Source: Verrucomicrobiota bacterium
GTDB lineage: Bacteria; Verrucomicrobiota; Verrucomicrobiia; Limisphaerales; AAA164-E04
Direction: 5' to 3'
Assembly: GCA_047947115.1 (NCBI GenBank)
Contig: CP170459.1
Span: 4,064,001 to 4,128,000 of the forward strand
Length of the DNA stretch: 64,000 bases
Below are positions 62,030 through 64,000 of the stretch, one piece after another. The notes beneath the pieces were generated by a model. That model made no database searches, was not told where the DNA came from, and was given only the letters and a program-made list of their open reading frames with translations. The number at the start of each line of letters is the position of its first letter. The first letter of the stretch is position 1. The translations under genes and the position numbers were made by a program.

Positions 62030-63526
62030 CTAGACCTTCCCCTGCTTTCTCCAACGATACAACGTGGTCGGATGAATGCCCAGCTGCGCCGCCACCCATC
62101 CCAGGTTGTTGTCGGATTGAACCAGCAAATCACGGGCGAGCGCCATTTTCTGTTTGGGTGAAAGTGCAGGCGTTGAAGGCCATCCGGTCATTTGCTGATT
62201 AGGATAAGCACCTGGCGCCGCCATATGGCTGCCCCCTCCGGTTTGGGGGGCAAATCCACCAGGAGTTCCGTGAACAGGTTGAAATCCCCTTTGTCCGGCA
62301 TCACCGCCGGGCACATAACTTTCCTGCAAATGCTGTGCCGGCATGCCACTATTCATCGGAGCCCCTGCATGATGCATGCCTCCTTGGTTGGAAGAAGAAA
62401 GTGGCCGTTCCCACCAGGCAGCCCGCAGGACGGGCCCGTCGTGCAGGACAACCATGCGATCAATCTGACTCTTCAGTTCACGCACATTACCGGGCCAATG
62501 ATAAGCCTGAAAAGCCTGGACCAACTCAGGTTCAATTCCATCAAAGTGCTTTCCGAACCGTTCGCTCGCCATGTCCAAAAAGAGCTTCACGAATTGCGGG
62601 ACATCATCGTTGTGCATGCGCAAGGGTGGAATTCTCAGGGTGATTTCCGACAGTCGGAAGTAAAGGTCTGTACGGAAATTATGACGTTCGGTTTCATTGT
62701 CGAGATTGCGGTTTGTTGCCGAAATCACCCGGACATCGACCGGATAATCCTCGCCCCCCCCGATACGCCGTGCCTTTCTGGTTTCCAGAAAACGCAACAG
62801 TTTGGGTTGCAGCCCCATGTCCAACTCACCAATTTCATCCAGGAACAACGTTCCTCCATTGGCCTGCTCAACCAGCCCCTTTCTAGTCTTGAGTGCTCCG
62901 GTGTAGGAACCTTTCTCGGCTCCAAACAACTCTGCTTCGATCAAGTCTTTGGGAATGGCGGCACAATTGACGGCAACAAAAGTCTCCCGACCACTGCTTG
63001 CATGCAATGCCTGTGCCACCCGCTCTTTCCCGACCCCGGATTCGCCCAGAATGAGCACCGTCGCATCAGTTGGCCCAAGACGTTCGATGCCTTGCCTCAG
63101 GTTTTGCATGGCGTATGATTCGCCCACCAGGATGTCTTTGGATTCCAGCGTCTTCCCCCCATACAACTGAATCCACAAATGCTGAGAATCCGAAGCCTTT
63201 TGCAAGGCTTCCTTCCACCGAGCCACATCGTCTTCAAGGTCCAGGACATCAAAGGCTCCGTCGCGCATGGCGCTGACGGTTTCCTTGGTCCCCATCATGG
63301 AGCCAAATGCAATATAAAAACGGCTTGTCTGGCTCAGCCTCACCCGAATATGCGCCCACCTGTCGTCTGAAGTGGATTGGTAAGGAATCATATACACACT
63401 GTCATGGGTATTGTGGCTCAGTTCTTTGATTTGATCGGGCTCGAAGAACTGACATCGAAATCCCATGGATGTTACCCAGGCTTCCGCCTTCCGGGATTCC
63501 GGGTGATTGAGGAGTTGAATGATCAT
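62030..63526 (-). CDS. Sigma54-dependent enhancer-binding protein with degenerate receiver domain
   Basis: LGESGVGKE, NCAAIP, ELFG.EKGSYTGA, GGTLFLDEIGE, WPGNVREL, C-terminal Fis-type HTH. Confidence 0.93.
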   Translation of the reverse strand: MIIQLLNHPESRKAEAWVTSMGFRCQFFEPDQIKELSHNTHDSVYMIPYQSTSDDRWAHIRVRLSQTSRFYIAFGSMMGTKETVSAMRDGAFDVLDLEDDVARWKEALQKASDSQHLWIQLYGGKTLESKDILVGESYAMQNLRQGIERLGPTDATVLILGESGVGKERVAQALHASSGRETFVAVNCAAIPKDLIEAELFGAEKGSYTGALKTRKGLVEQANGGTLFLDEIGELDMGLQPKLLRFLETRKARRIGGGEDYPVDVRVISATNRNLDNETERHNFRTDLYFRLSEITLRIPPLRMHNDDVPQFVKLFLDMASERFGKHFDGIEPELVQAFQAYHWPGNVRELKSQIDRMVVLHDGPVLRAAWWERPLSSSNQGGMHHAGAPMNSGMPAQHLQESYVPGGDAGQRGFQPVHGTPGGFAPQTGGGSHMAAPGAYPNQQMTGWPSTPALSPKQKMALARDLLVQSDNNLGWVAAQLGIHPTTLYRWRKQGKV

Positions 63527-63760
63527 GTCAGGTTTTTAGTTGTCGGTTGGTTGTAATCCCTCCACGAGGAAAACATATGCACAGCATCGCTGCAATGAAA
63601 AACATTGCAAACGCGATATTGCAGTTGCGATATTGCGACTTGGGAAGTTGTTGATTGCCGATTAATGAGTCGATGATTTACCACATATCCATCGCTTATT
63701 TCGGTCTTAAACCAATAATTGCTTTCTCTGATATGGCTATTTTGATTCAATGCGCCCTTC

Positions 63761-64000
63761 ATGAAGATACTGGTTATTGGATCTGGAGGCAGAGAACACG
63801 CTTTGGTTTGGAAACTCGCTCAATCAAGTCACGTCTCCACCATGTGGTGTGCACCTGGAAATGGCGGGATTGCGCTCGAAAAACTCTCCTCCAATGGTCA
63901 GCCTGTTCAGTGCGTGGGTGTTGGAGCTGAAGATCTTGAAAAGCTTCTGGAGTTGGCAAGCCGGATCAAACCAGACCTGACCGTTGTCGGGCCAGACAAC
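63761..64000 (+). CDS. purD: Phosphoribosylamine-glycine ligase (3' partial; absent from the ORF track)
   Basis: Manual translation [22 protein letters not shown]...APGNGG...DLTVVGPDN runs off the window end. Confidence 0.95.
   Translation, partial: MKILVIGSGGREHALVWKLAQSSHVSTMWCAPGNGGIALEKLSSNGQPVQCVGVGAEDLEKLLELASRIKPDLTVVGPDN

Noticed and set aside
62192..63118. 308-aa plus-strand ORF
   Set aside because: Antisense shadow of the conserved sigma54 activator.

Overview
Bacterial chromosomal window of about 51% GC by eye. It most likely comes from a Verrucomicrobiota (Pedosphaerales/Limisphaerales-like) genome, inferred from the DUF1549/DUF1553 + DUF1501 pair, orphan prepilin-like H-X9-DG proteins, DUF1080 and secreted proteins ending in an 'FFRL'-type tail. 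It is mostly housekeeping and accessory genes: cysE, dapB, folK, manC, trpA, panD, lpxD, tadA, trmB, ppk2/pap, thiH, thiS, lpdA, pyc and the 5' end of purD. It also holds one intact IS630 element, a GTAG-REP doublet array, and several disrupted genes. I saw no rRNA, tRNA or CRISPR array. The best candidates for something undescribed are: (1) a VTC polyphosphate-polymerase / DUF4956 / HlyD module behind a sigma54-type promoter and a predicted four-way-junction leader RNA, near a PPK2 gene; (2) a BlaI-controlled BlaR1(M56)-secretin fusion with a coiled-coil insert; (3) a JUMPstart-like leader before an orphan NusG paralogue; (4) an IS630 insertion that splits a promoter and supplies a new -35. 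All family assignments come from motif recognition by eye; no searches were run.
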